From an uncultured Verrucomicrobiae bacterium (lineage in GTDB: Bacteria; Verrucomicrobiota; Verrucomicrobiia; Chthoniobacterales; UBA10450): a stretch of 64,000 nucleotides of DNA. The stretch lies in contig CAVSDR010000002.1 in assembly GCA_963726745.1 (NCBI GenBank), forward strand, positions 160,001 through 224,000, read 5' to 3'. The notes under the pieces are model-generated. The model was not told the origin of the DNA. It saw nothing but the letters and a program-made list of their open reading frames with translations, and did not search any database. Position 1 is the first letter of the stretch, and the number at the start of each line of letters is the position of its first letter. Of the stretch, positions 30,301 to 41,600 are shown piece after piece. Both the position numbers and the translations under genes were made by a program.

Positions 30301-31242
30301 ATGTCGTCTCGCTTTTCATTTTTGCCGCTGCTCGCGCTGGTCCTCTTCGGGCTGGGTAGTTTTGCCGACCACACGTTTGCCGCGGAACCGGCGCACGCCG
30401 AAGCGGCGGCGCATCACGGCGGGGAAGAGCACCACACCCTGCCCTTGCGGCCACCGGAACTTTTCCATTTCGGGAAATTCATCGTGACCAACTCGATGGC
30501 GGTGACTTGGTTTGTCGCCGCCGGGATCATCCTCCTGGCCCAGTTGGCCACACGAAAAATCAAACCCGTGCCGACGGGTTTGCAGAATTTCTGGGAATGG
30601 ATGGTCGAGAGCCTCTACAACTTCCTCGAGGGGATGATCGGGCCGGACTTGGTGAAGAAGACCTTTTGGTTCTTCGCCACGATCTTCATTTTCATTCTTT
30701 TCCTTAACTGGTTCGCGCTTATCCCGGGCGTCGGCACGGTGGGCTGGGGACACCCGACCGGTAACGGCGGATTCATCGTCTCGACGCCGCTGCTCCGCGG
30801 CGCGAACGCCGATTTGAACCTGACCTTTGCGATGGCCTGCACGTTCTTCGTGCTTTGGATGGTCTGGGCGGTGCAGTCGAATGGCGTCGGCGGCGTGATC
30901 ATGCATCTCTTTGCGCCAAAGGGCGACACCAAGGGCGTCTTGAAGATCCTGATGATCTTCATTTTCTTCATCGTCGGCTGGCTGGAAATCGTCTCGATCC
31001 TCTTCCGCCCCATTTCGCTCAGCTTCCGACTTTTCGGCAACGTCTACGCGGGTGAGATTATGCTCGAGTCGATGGCGGTGGCTGGTGGGCAATTCTTCGC
31101 CTGGCTGATCTCGATCCCGTTCTACTTCCTCGAAGTGCTCGTCGGCTTCGTCCAGGCGCTGGTCTTTATGCTTCTGACGGCGGTCTTCACTCTCTTGATT
31201 GCGGCGCACCACGACACCGGAGGCGAAGCGGCGCATCACTAA
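30301..31242 (+). CDS. atpB: F0F1 ATP synthase subunit a
   Basis: QNFWE, RPISLSFRLFGNVYAGE, VQALVFMLLT. Confidence 0.95.
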   Translation: MSSRFSFLPLLALVLFGLGSFADHTFAAEPAHAEAAAHHGGEEHHTLPLRPPELFHFGKFIVTNSMAVTWFVAAGIILLAQLATRKIKPVPTGLQNFWEWMVESLYNFLEGMIGPDLVKKTFWFFATIFIFILFLNWFALIPGVGTVGWGHPTGNGGFIVSTPLLRGANADLNLTFAMACTFFVLWMVWAVQSNGVGGVIMHLFAPKGDTKGVLKILMIFIFFIVGWLEIVSILFRPISLSFRLFGNVYAGEIMLESMAVAGGQFFAWLISIPFYFLEVLVGFVQALVFMLLTAVFTLLIAAHHDTGGEAAHH

Positions 31243-31311
31243 AACTTTCGGCCATATGACCGTGGTTTCCGCGGAGTGGCTGAGAACAACCAACCAACCA
31301 AAAAACACACT

Positions 31312-31525
31312 ATGATACTTCCAATCCTCGCAGAACTTGACCGGCAGCCTTCACGTCGGTCTCGCAGCTCTCGGCGCCGCCATTGGCGTCGGTTTGATCG
31401 GTATGGGCGCCGCCTCCGCGGTCGGCCGCAACCCTGGCGCCGCCACCCCGATTCTGGTGCAGGCGATTCTCGCGATCGCGCTCGCAGAAGCGATCGTGTT
31501 CTACGCCTTGTTCCTCGTTAAGTAA
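31312..31525 (+). CDS. atpE: F0F1 ATP synthase subunit c (frameshift near 31336)
   Basis: GLAALGAAIGVG, GRNPGA, LAEAIVFY; ATG at 31312 is one base out of frame. Confidence 0.93.
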
Positions 31526-31564
31526 GCGACGGTCGCACCTTTCGTTGCGCCGGTTTCATTACCC

Positions 31565-32107
31565 ATGAACCTATTCCTCGCTCAAGCAGGTGGCCTCACG
31601 GACATCGCCCGTTCCACGGGCGAGACCTTCGGCTTCAACCTGTGGATGTTCCTCTCGCAGGTGGTCAGCTTCGTCATTGTGGCGCTGCTCCTGCGGCAAT
31701 TCGCCTACAAGCCGATCCTCGGGATTCTCGAGGAACGCCGCCAGCGGATCGCTGAAGGATTGCTGAACGCGGAGAAAATTAAGCAGCAACTTGCGGAAGC
31801 CGAGCAGCGCTACGCCGAAATTCTCGCGAAGGCGAACACCGCCGCGCAGAAGATGATCGACGACGCGCGCGAGAGCGCCGGGCACGTGGCCGAGCGCAAG
31901 GAGCAGGAAGCCATCGCCGCGGCCGAGCAGATCGTGGCCAAGGCACGCGAGGCCAGCGCGATCGAGCACGAGCGCACGATGTCGGAATTGAAGCGCGAAC
32001 TCGGACGCCTGGTGATCGACACCACCTCGAAGGTCACGGGCAAAATCCTGACGCCGGACGATCAGCGCCGGTTGCAGGAAGAAGCCTCCCGGCAAATCGC
32101 TGCCTAA
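31565..32107 (+). CDS. atpF: F0F1 ATP synthase subunit b
   Basis: One TM helix, YKPILGILEERRQRI, long coiled coil; operon position. Confidence 0.93.
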   Translation: MNLFLAQAGGLTDIARSTGETFGFNLWMFLSQVVSFVIVALLLRQFAYKPILGILEERRQRIAEGLLNAEKIKQQLAEAEQRYAEILAKANTAAQKMIDDARESAGHVAERKEQEAIAAAEQIVAKAREASAIEHERTMSELKRELGRLVIDTTSKVTGKILTPDDQRRLQEEASRQIAA

Positions 32108-32110
32108 CGA

Positions 32111-32504
32111 ATGAAGAGCAAGAAGGAGATTCGCCAGGCTTCGAAAGAGCTCCTGCGCGCCAGCTTCACCGATGGCCAGCTCGACAAGGGCCGAATCAGC
32201 CACTTGGTGAAGTCGCTCCTGGAGAAGCAGCCGCGCAATTACCTGGCGGTCCTGGAGGCCTACAAGCGCCTCGTGCGCCTGGAGGTGGAGAAGCGCAGCG
32301 CCACGATCGAGACCGCCAGCGAGCTTTCGCCCGACGCCGGCAAGCAGATCGTGGAGAATCTCAAGAGCGCGCTACGGCAGTGATCTCGACGCCACCTTTG
32401 TGGTCAACCCCGAGCTCCTGGGCGGCATGCGCATTCGCGTAGGCAGCGACGTCTGGGACAGCAGCGTGCGCAATCGCCTGCAGCGTCTCGCACAGCAACT
32501 TTAA
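32111..32504 (+). CDS. atpH: F0F1 ATP synthase subunit delta, short form (frameshift near 32367)
   Basis: Second frame reads VNPELLGGMRIRVGSDVWDSSVRNRL to TAA at 32502-32504. Confidence 0.88.
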
Positions 32505-32516
32505 CCAAACCTAATT

Positions 32517-34052
32517 ATGAGCAGTATTCTGGAAGACATCGAAACACAGATCGCGGGGCTGAAAACCTCGACGACCAAGAGCAACGTCGGCATCGTCCGC
32601 GACACCGGCGACGGCGTCGCCCGCATCGAAGGCCTGAGCGACGTCATGCTCAATGAGATGATCGAGTTCTCGAGCGGCGTCTATGGTCTGGCGCTCAACC
32701 TCGAGGAAACCGAGGTCGGCGCGATCCTGCTCGGCGACAACATTTCGGTGAAGGAGGGCGACGAAGCCCGCACCACCGGCAAACTGCTCCAGGTCCCCGT
32801 GGGCAAAGGCCTGCTCGGCCGCGTGGTCAATACCCTTGGCCAGCCAGTCGATGGCAAGGGCCCGATCAAGTCCGACGTCTCTTACCCGGTCGAGAAAATT
32901 GCTCCCGGCGTGATCAAGCGTAAAGCCGTGAACCAGCCGGTGCAGACCGGCATCATGGCCATCGACGCGATGATCCCGATCGGTCGTGGCCAGCGCGAGT
33001 TGATCATCGGCGATCGCGCCACCGGCAAAACAGCCGTCGCCTTGGACGCGATCATCAGCCAGGCGCGTTTGAACAAAGCCGCCGAAGAAGGCCGCCTGGC
33101 GGATCATCGCCCGCTGTATTGCATCTACGTGGCCATCGGCCAGAAGAACTCAAACGTGGCCCGTGCTCTCGCGGTGCTCGAGCGCGAAGGCGCGATGCCT
33201 TACACCACGATCATCTCGGCACCGGCCTCCGATACTGCGACCAACCAATATCTCGCGCCGTTCGCCGGTGCGGCCATGGGCGAGTGGTTCATGGATAACG
33301 GCATGGATGCGCTCATCATCTATGACGATCTTTCCAAGCATGCCGTGGCTTATCGCCAAGTCTCGTTAGTCTTGAAGCGTCCTTCCGGCCGCGAAGCTTA
33401 TCCGGGCGACGTTTTCTATCTCCACTCGCGGTTGCTCGAGCGCAGCGCGCGCGTGACCGAAGAGGCAGGCGGCGGTTCGTTGACGGCGCTGCCGATTATC
33501 GAGACCCAGGCGGGCGACGTCTCGGCTTACATTCCGACGAACGTGATCTCGATCACGGACGGTCAGATTTATCTCGAGACTGATTTGTTTTACCAAGGGG
33601 TGCGTCCCGCCATCTCGGTGGGTCTCTCGGTTAGCCGCGTCGGTTCGGCCGCGCAGATCAAGGCGATCAAACAAGTTGCCGGCAAAATTAAGCTCGATCT
33701 TGCGCAGTTCCGCGAGCTCGCGGCGTTCGCGCAGTTCGGTTCCGATCTCGATGCCGGCACGAAGGCGCGGCTCGATCGCGGTGCGCGCATCGTGGAGCTC
33801 TTCAAGCAGGGCCAATACAATCCGATCCCGGTGGAAGACCAGGTCGCGATTCTCTGGGCCATGCAGAATGGTTATCTCGACAGCGTCCCGGTGGAGAAGG
33901 TGAAAGCCTTCCAGCTGAAGCTGCAGGATTACCTCCGCACGCGGAAGGAAAGCATTCTCACTTCCATTGTGAGCAAGAAGGCGATCGACAAGGATCTCGA
34001 AGGCCAACTGGCCGCTGCGCTCGAAGAATTCAAGAGCACCAATCCGGTCTAA
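32517..34052 (+). CDS. atpA: F0F1 ATP synthase subunit alpha
   Basis: [36 protein letters not shown]. Confidence 0.97.
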   Translation: MSSILEDIETQIAGLKTSTTKSNVGIVRDTGDGVARIEGLSDVMLNEMIEFSSGVYGLALNLEETEVGAILLGDNISVKEGDEARTTGKLLQVPVGKGLLGRVVNTLGQPVDGKGPIKSDVSYPVEKIAPGVIKRKAVNQPVQTGIMAIDAMIPIGRGQRELIIGDRATGKTAVALDAIISQARLNKAAEEGRLADHRPLYCIYVAIGQKNSNVARALAVLEREGAMPYTTIISAPASDTATNQYLAPFAGAAMGEWFMDNGMDALIIYDDLSKHAVAYRQVSLVLKRPSGREAYPGDVFYLHSRLLERSARVTEEAGGGSLTALPIIETQAGDVSAYIPTNVISITDGQIYLETDLFYQGVRPAISVGLSVSRVGSAAQIKAIKQVAGKIKLDLAQFRELAAFAQFGSDLDAGTKARLDRGARIVELFKQGQYNPIPVEDQVAILWAMQNGYLDSVPVEKVKAFQLKLQDYLRTRKESILTSIVSKKAIDKDLEGQLAAALEEFKSTNPV

Positions 34053-34055
34053 CCA

Positions 34056-34934
34056 GTGGCGAATACGCAAGACATCCGGCGCCGGATCAAGTCGATCCGG
34101 AACACCGCGCAGATCACCAAGGCCATGCAGATGGTCGCGGCCTCGAAGATGCGCAAGGCGCAGCAGCACGCCCTCGCGGGCCGCTCCTATGCGAGCCTGA
34201 TGAATCGTGTGCTCGTCTCGCTGCAAAAGCGGACCGATCCGAAGCTGCATCCGCTGCTTCAGGTCCGGGAAGTGAAGCGCGAGCTCGTGATCGTAGTCAG
34301 CACGGATAAAGGCCTGGCCGGTGCGCTGAACACCAACCTGCTGCGCGAAGCGGCCAACTTCGACGCGGCGAAGACCTCTTACATCGTCGTCGGTCGCAAG
34401 GCGCGGCAGTTCCTCGCGCGGACCAAGCGCGAGATTTTGGCCGACTTCGAGCTGAAGGACGCGCCTTCGTTTCCCGAGACCAAACAGGTCGCGCAGTTTG
34501 CGACCGAGAAATTTCTCAGCGGCGAGGTCGATCGGGTTTCGGTGCTCTACACGCACTTCATCAATACGATCAACCAGAAGCCGATCGTGCAGACGATCTT
34601 CCCGATCTCGGACTTCGACGTCATGGGCGCCGAGGGCCAGCCGACCGCTGAGACTTCAGCGAGCGACCCGATGGGCGGCTACGTTTTCGAGCCTTCGCCG
34701 GAAGCGGTCCTTGACGTCATCCTGCCGTATTACGTGCAGTATGAAGTCTTCCAAATGATCCTCGACGCGCGGGCTTCGGAGCACAGCGCGCGCATGGTCG
34801 CGATGAAGAACGCGACCGATAACGCGAAGCAATTCATCAAGGACCTGACCCTTGAATACAACAAGATGCGCCAGGCCAGCATCACCACCGAGCTCCTCGA
34901 AATCGCGACCGCGCAGATGGCGCTCGGGAGTTAA
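34056..34934 (+). CDS. atpG: F0F1 ATP synthase subunit gamma
   Basis: ITKAMQMVAASK, SEHSARMVAMKNATDNA, RQASITTE. Confidence 0.97.
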   Translation: MANTQDIRRRIKSIRNTAQITKAMQMVAASKMRKAQQHALAGRSYASLMNRVLVSLQKRTDPKLHPLLQVREVKRELVIVVSTDKGLAGALNTNLLREAANFDAAKTSYIVVGRKARQFLARTKREILADFELKDAPSFPETKQVAQFATEKFLSGEVDRVSVLYTHFINTINQKPIVQTIFPISDFDVMGAEGQPTAETSASDPMGGYVFEPSPEAVLDVILPYYVQYEVFQMILDARASEHSARMVAMKNATDNAKQFIKDLTLEYNKMRQASITTELLEIATAQMALGS

Positions 34935-36373
<1,439 letters not shown>

Positions 36374-36374
<1 letters not shown>

Positions 36375-36784
36375 TGGCCCACACGCTTCGACTCGAGATC
36401 GTCACTCCGGAGGCCACGGCCTACTCGGAAGACGTGGAGATGGTCACCCTCACCGGTGCGGAAGGTGAACTCGGTGTCTATCCGAATCACGTCCCTTTGC
36501 TGACCACTTTGCAGCCGGGCGAATTGCGCGTGCTCAAGGGTGGCAAGGAGACCTTTCTCGCAGTCGGCGAAGGCTTCGTCGAGATCAAGGCGGATGCGGT
36601 TTCGGTTTTAACCGACGTCGCACTGGAAGCTTCGAAGATCGACTTGGGTGCGGCGGAGGCGGCCGTGGCCCGGGCACAGGCGGCAATGAAGGAAGACCAC
36701 ACCGCCGAGGAAGTGGCCTCGATCCAGGCGAGCCTGCAAAAAGCGCTGGCGCAGCTCCACGTCAAGCGTCGCCGGCATTCCTAG
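36374..36784 (+). CDS. atpC: F0F1 ATP synthase subunit epsilon
   Basis: LEIVTPE, GELGVYPNHVP; last gene of the operon. Confidence 0.95.
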
Positions 36785-36799
36785 GCCGCGTTCCTTCCC

Positions 36800-37621
36800 G
36801 TGCATGCGCCGCCGGTTCTCGGCCTGATTGCCGGGAGTGGCGTTTATCCAAAACTGCTCGCGGAAGCGGCGCGCCGCGCCGGGGTGGCGCGGATCTTTGC
36901 TGCGGCCTTTGAGGGTGAAACCGATCCCGCGCTGGCAGAATTAGTCGACGAGATCGAATGGATGCGGGTGGGCCAGCTTGGCCGGCTCTTGAAGTTTTTC
37001 CAGCGCGCGCAGGTGGCGCAAGCGATCATGGCCGGCCAGATCGCGCCGAAGAATCTCTTCGATTTTCGGCCGGACATGAAAGCGCTGGTTGTGCTCGCGC
37101 GCCTGCCGCAGCGCAACGCGGAATCGCTCTTTGGCGCGATCGCCAACGAACTCGCCGCGGTCGGGGTAGAGTTGCTCCCGGCGACAACCTACATGGATGA
37201 ATTCCTGGCCGTGGAAGGTTTGATCGCCGGTCGCGCATTGAGCCGGCGCGAGGGCGCGGATGTGGCTTATGGATTTCGCATTGCGAAGGAAATTAGCCGA
37301 CTGGATGTGGGACAGACGGTGGTGGTCAAAGGAGGGACAGTGCTGGCGGTGGAAGCTTTTGAAGGAACAAACGAAGCGCTGCGGCGCGGCGCCGCGCTCG
37401 GCCGAGAAGGAGCGGTCTTGGTGAAAGTCTCGAAGCCGGATCAAGACATGCGTTTTGACGTGCCGGTGATCGGGCTCGAAACGGTGCGGACCGCGGCCGA
37501 GGCCAAACTGCGGGTCTTGGCGGTGGAAGCAGGCAAGACCTTGCTGCTCGAGAAAGCCGCGCTGCAGGAAGCGGCGACGCGCGCTGGGCTGACGATTTTT
37601 GGTTGTCAGGCTACTGCGTAG
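36800..37621 (+). CDS. lpxI: UDP-2,3-diacylglucosamine diphosphatase LpxI family
   Basis: GLIAGSG, LDVGQTVVV, AVEAFEGT, KPDQDMRFDVPVIG. Confidence 0.9.
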   Translation: MHAPPVLGLIAGSGVYPKLLAEAARRAGVARIFAAAFEGETDPALAELVDEIEWMRVGQLGRLLKFFQRAQVAQAIMAGQIAPKNLFDFRPDMKALVVLARLPQRNAESLFGAIANELAAVGVELLPATTYMDEFLAVEGLIAGRALSRREGADVAYGFRIAKEISRLDVGQTVVVKGGTVLAVEAFEGTNEALRRGAALGREGAVLVKVSKPDQDMRFDVPVIGLETVRTAAEAKLRVLAVEAGKTLLLEKAALQEAATRAGLTIFGCQATA

Positions 37622-38492
37622 GCGGCGGCTCCGGCACTTGGTAGACTTCAAGCAGAGCCGTGCCGGAAGTGGCATTGAGGCCGCGGGCGACGGCGGTATA
37701 TGTGCCGGGCAAGAGGCTGGTGAGGATGGCCGCCTCCAAGGTATTCGGCGGAGCCAGGCCAGTCTGCTGAATCTGGAACTGCTGGTCGTCCTGCCAATTG
37801 TTGTTTTGTCCAATGAGCTGGCCGTTGGCGTTGAAGACTTCGACCATCGGATCTTGCAGCGCATCCGTGATCCCGACCTGACTGAGCGACGGCCCCAGGA
37901 GTCGCACCAGCAGCCGAAGCTCGCCGCTACCACCCCCAACGATGAAGCCGCTGATGACAAGGTTATCGCCGGTGCCGACATAGCCGCGCGTGCTTAGGTT
38001 CCTCAAGGCGGCGGTGCTACCGGCATTGAGATCGTAGAGTTCGATCACACCGATGCCCTGAGTGGAATTATTCCCGCGGAGGATGGTGGTGTAGCTGCCG
38101 GCGGCGAAGGTGTGCACGATCGCGGATTCGAGGTCGTTCGAAGGAGCGGCGCCGGTGGCTTCGATCTGAGTTTGCTGGCTATCCTTCCAGTTGTTATTCG
38201 AGGCGAGGGTGGTGCCGCCGGAAAAGAGCTGGAGCGTCGGATCGGCCAGGCGGCCGGCGAGCGGAACGCCATTGATCTGCAACGAGGGGCCGATGCCGCG
38301 GACCAGGATGTCTTTGCCATCTCCCTGGATGATGAAGCCGGCAATGGCAACGCGGTTGCCCGTGCCGACGTTCGCCCGGGAGGAGATGTTCAGGAGCTTG
38401 CTGGGCGTGTCGACCGCGAGGGCGAGCGGCGCGAGGAGGAAACCAGCCAGCAAGATGGCGGGCAGAAGAAGCAGGAGGCGGGGAGTTTTCAT
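37611..38492 (-). CDS. Secreted protein made of two repeats of a Verrucomicrobia-type extracellular domain
   Basis: Signal peptide MKTPRLLLLL..ALA; repeats LLNISSRANVGTGNRVAIAGFII and LRNLSTRGYVGTGDNLVISGFIV, each with GPSL..DP.L/V..NNNW...ESAI/EAAI..G.YT. Confidence 0.8.
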   Translation of the reverse strand: MKTPRLLLLLPAILLAGFLLAPLALAVDTPSKLLNISSRANVGTGNRVAIAGFIIQGDGKDILVRGIGPSLQINGVPLAGRLADPTLQLFSGGTTLASNNNWKDSQQTQIEATGAAPSNDLESAIVHTFAAGSYTTILRGNNSTQGIGVIELYDLNAGSTAALRNLSTRGYVGTGDNLVISGFIVGGGSGELRLLVRLLGPSLSQVGITDALQDPMVEVFNANGQLIGQNNNWQDDQQFQIQQTGLAPPNTLEAAILTSLLPGTYTAVARGLNATSGTALLEVYQVPEPPPTQ

Positions 38493-38589
38493 GTTGGGGG
38501 AAGAGCAGCCCGGGTGCAGTGGCGGGAGGCTCCAGAAAAGAATCGAATCTCCGGCGGGGAATGGTGGCAGCGAGCCTGCCAGAAAACGG

Positions 38590-38615
38590 AAAAGGGCGCC
38601 GCCCGTGCGGCGCCC
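38590..38615 (-). terminator. Probable intrinsic terminator after the large secreted-protein gene
   Basis: AAAA-GGGCGCCGC-CCGT-GCGGCGCCC hairpin with a U-tract on the minus strand. Confidence 0.6.
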
Positions 38616-38643
38616 CTCCGGGGGAATCAAGTCGCGGAATCGT

Positions 38644-41600
38644 TTATGGCCCGGTCACGAGAATGCCGGCGGTGCGCGCATTTGTCGGTCCGGTCGCGGT
38701 GATGGTGACCACACTGCCGAAGCCCGCGGGGGCCAGGGTGACGGTAAACGAAGGCGAGACCGACTGGCCGGCAGCGATAGTGGCGCTGGCCGGCAAGGTG
38801 GTATTGGGCGCATCGCTGCTGCTGAGTGCCGCGGTAATCCCACCCGCGGGAGCAGGAATCTGGCTGGTGATGACGCCGCTGTATTGGCCAGGCTGACCGG
38901 AAACAGGAGTGAGGACGAGCCGGGCCAGCTCGACCGAACGCGAGGTGACAGCGGCGACCACCAGGTTATCGAAGGCCACGCCGGAGGTCGCGAGGGTCGG
39001 ATCGCTCAGGTTCTGCGGACGAACGTCGAAGGCGGTGCCGCCGCTATCCTGGGTGTATTCGAAACGCAACTGAACGACCGAGCCGGCAAGGCTCTCGCCC
39101 GAGGCAACCGCGGATAAGTTTGTCCCGGGCAGTTTCACGCGGACATGCTTGAAGCCGCCGGAATATCCAGCCCAAGCCGAGAGATCCTGCAGGTAAGCCG
39201 AGCTGTTATTGCGCGGCATATGCTTCGGGTAATGCTGCAGGGCGCCAGTGGCAAATTCCTCCGCGAAGGCTTCGAGCAAGACCGAGCGCAGGACGCGGGT
39301 GCCGCCAGATTGATCGGTCACGCGGAGGAGGAAGCCGTCGTAGCAAAGGATGTTGTAGCTCGGATCGTCCTCGGTGTTGTAAGCCACATCCATGTCGAGG
39401 GTGACGTATTCCGCGTTCGTGGGGATGGTGATGAGCGGGCTGAAGAGGCGCTCGAAACGCGTGGGATTGGTCGCGTCGTTCGCGTTCACATGGAAGGCCG
39501 CATTATTCGGCGAGCCGGATGGGCGAAACGCGGTATTGCTGGTGGTCCACGGGACGGTATTGGTTCCACCTCCGTGCGAGGTGGTCCAGCCGACGGGGAG
39601 GGCGCCGGGAGCAACGCCGTCGAAATTCTCCGAGAGAAGAAGCGTCGTCACCGGGCTGCCGGTTGGCTGCTGATAGGTAAAGGTGCGCGTGCCTTGGTTT
39701 GTAGTCACCGTGAGCGTGAGCGGCAGGCGGGTGCCAGGAGTGAATCCCGGTCCGACCTTGAAGACGAAGGTGTCGGTGTTGCTGGTCGTGGCATCGGGAG
39801 CCGCATTCGGGTAAGAGGAGGTGGCACGGAGGAAGGTCACGTTCGGATCCGAGCTGGAGAGGGTGGCGCTGATGCCGGTAATGGTCACGGGCGTCGAGAC
39901 CGGATTGGTGACATAGTTCCGCAAAGGAATGGTCATTTTCACCTGGTCGCCAGCGTCGACGATGCCGTTTCCACCGCTTTCGGTGAAGGAAACTGCTTCC
40001 AGTCCGCGACTTGCGGGGAAGGCGAAGTAGGTGAGCTGCAAGGACGGCACCGGGGGCGCAGAAGTGCGGCGGAAGAAGTCGTCGGGTGTGGTCATGCTCC
40101 CTGCGTTGGCGTTACCTGCGGGAATCTGGCCATCACCGTAAGGCTTCAGTTCTGTGATCGCGTGAATGGAGAAGAGTTCGCCATTTTGGGCCACAGTTTG
40201 ATTGTAATCGCCGAGGTTCGGCTGGCCGGTGTCATTGCCCCAGCCGGCCTTGAAGGGAGCGAAGCTCAACGGTTGCGGCTTGCTGAAGGTGACGCCGCCG
40301 TCATTGGAAGTAACCACGGTGATTTCGGTAAGGTCGCCGCTGGTGGCGATACCTTGATCGAAGTAGGTGATGAAAATGCGACCAGTGCTTTGGTCGACGG
40401 CAACGGTCGGGAACCACTGGCAACGGTCGTTGCCTGGCCGGCTATTGACCAGGACGGGCGCGGAGAAGCTGACGCCGCCGTTTAGGCTGCGCTGGAAGGC
40501 GATGTCGCCGCCATCGAGGTTGGCATTCGTGGAGTAGACGACGTAGATCGGCTTGGGAGTCACCACGAGGCCGCCCGGCGACCGGCGAACACCATCGCGA
40601 CTGCGGACACCAGTGGCAGGAGCACTCGAGGGACCGACAGCGATGAAGGGAAAGGAGTGCACCCGGTCATTTCCGAGGACTTGGTCGAGCATCCGGAAAG
40701 GCGCAGCCAGCAAGTTGGTGGGTGTGCCCCAGGTAGCGCCGTTGTCGGTCGAGGAGTTAAAGCCCTCGTTGTTCTGAGTGTAGCCACTCGGGTCTAACGG
40801 AGTGGCGTTGCGGGCGTTGGTCACCGCATAAAGCGCAGAGCCATCCGGGGCGAAACGCGGCTGAATGCCTTGGGGGAAGCCGCCGTTGAAAGTGGACGGA
40901 AAGACCACTGCGGCCGCGGACCATGTAGGCGTGGCGCTGGTGGGATTATCGCAATAGGTCGACACGTTTTCGGCGCCGCCGCTGCCGATAAAGTTAGTCC
41001 AGGCTACAACCAGGCGGCCGGTGACGGGATGGATGTCGAAGAATTCCTTGTCGGCCGAATCCGTGGTCGTGCGGGGCCGGGTGGCGCCGGTGATCTCAAA
41101 CGGTCCCTGCCAGGTGTGGCCAAAGTCGGTCGAACGATGCAGGCTGAGCGTCTGGGAGGTCGCGGGCAAGCCCGTCGCCCCCATGTTGTTCTTCACCATG
41201 ATGGAGGTGTAATAGAAAGTGCTTCCGCCGGCGTAGCGGATGTCCGGGTCGCCGAAGATCTGCGGGTAGAGCGTGCCGCTGAGCGACGTCGTCGGTCCAG
41301 GCGGAAGGCTGCCGCCATCGACGAAGGTCGCACCGCCGTCATCCGAATAGTAGTAGCCGGAAAGCTGGAAGGGGCTCTTGTTGAACCCGCGGGTGTCGTT
41401 GAAGCCGATGACGATGTGCTGGCCGGTGCTGTCGACCGCGATGGAATATTCCGCCTGTCCGCCGGGAATGGCGAGGGCCCAATCCGGGTCGCCATCGCCC
41501 GCGCGATCGAGGTCCGGGCCGGTGGGTGCATAGGGGCTGGGCACGAAGACAAGCTGGTTGCCTTCCACCCGACCACTGCCGCCGCGTTCAACCCATTGCG

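Noticed and set aside
37611..37640. C-terminal VPEP in the two-repeat secreted protein as a PEP-CTERM signal
   Set aside because: It is followed only by PPTQ-stop, with no transmembrane helix or basic tail.
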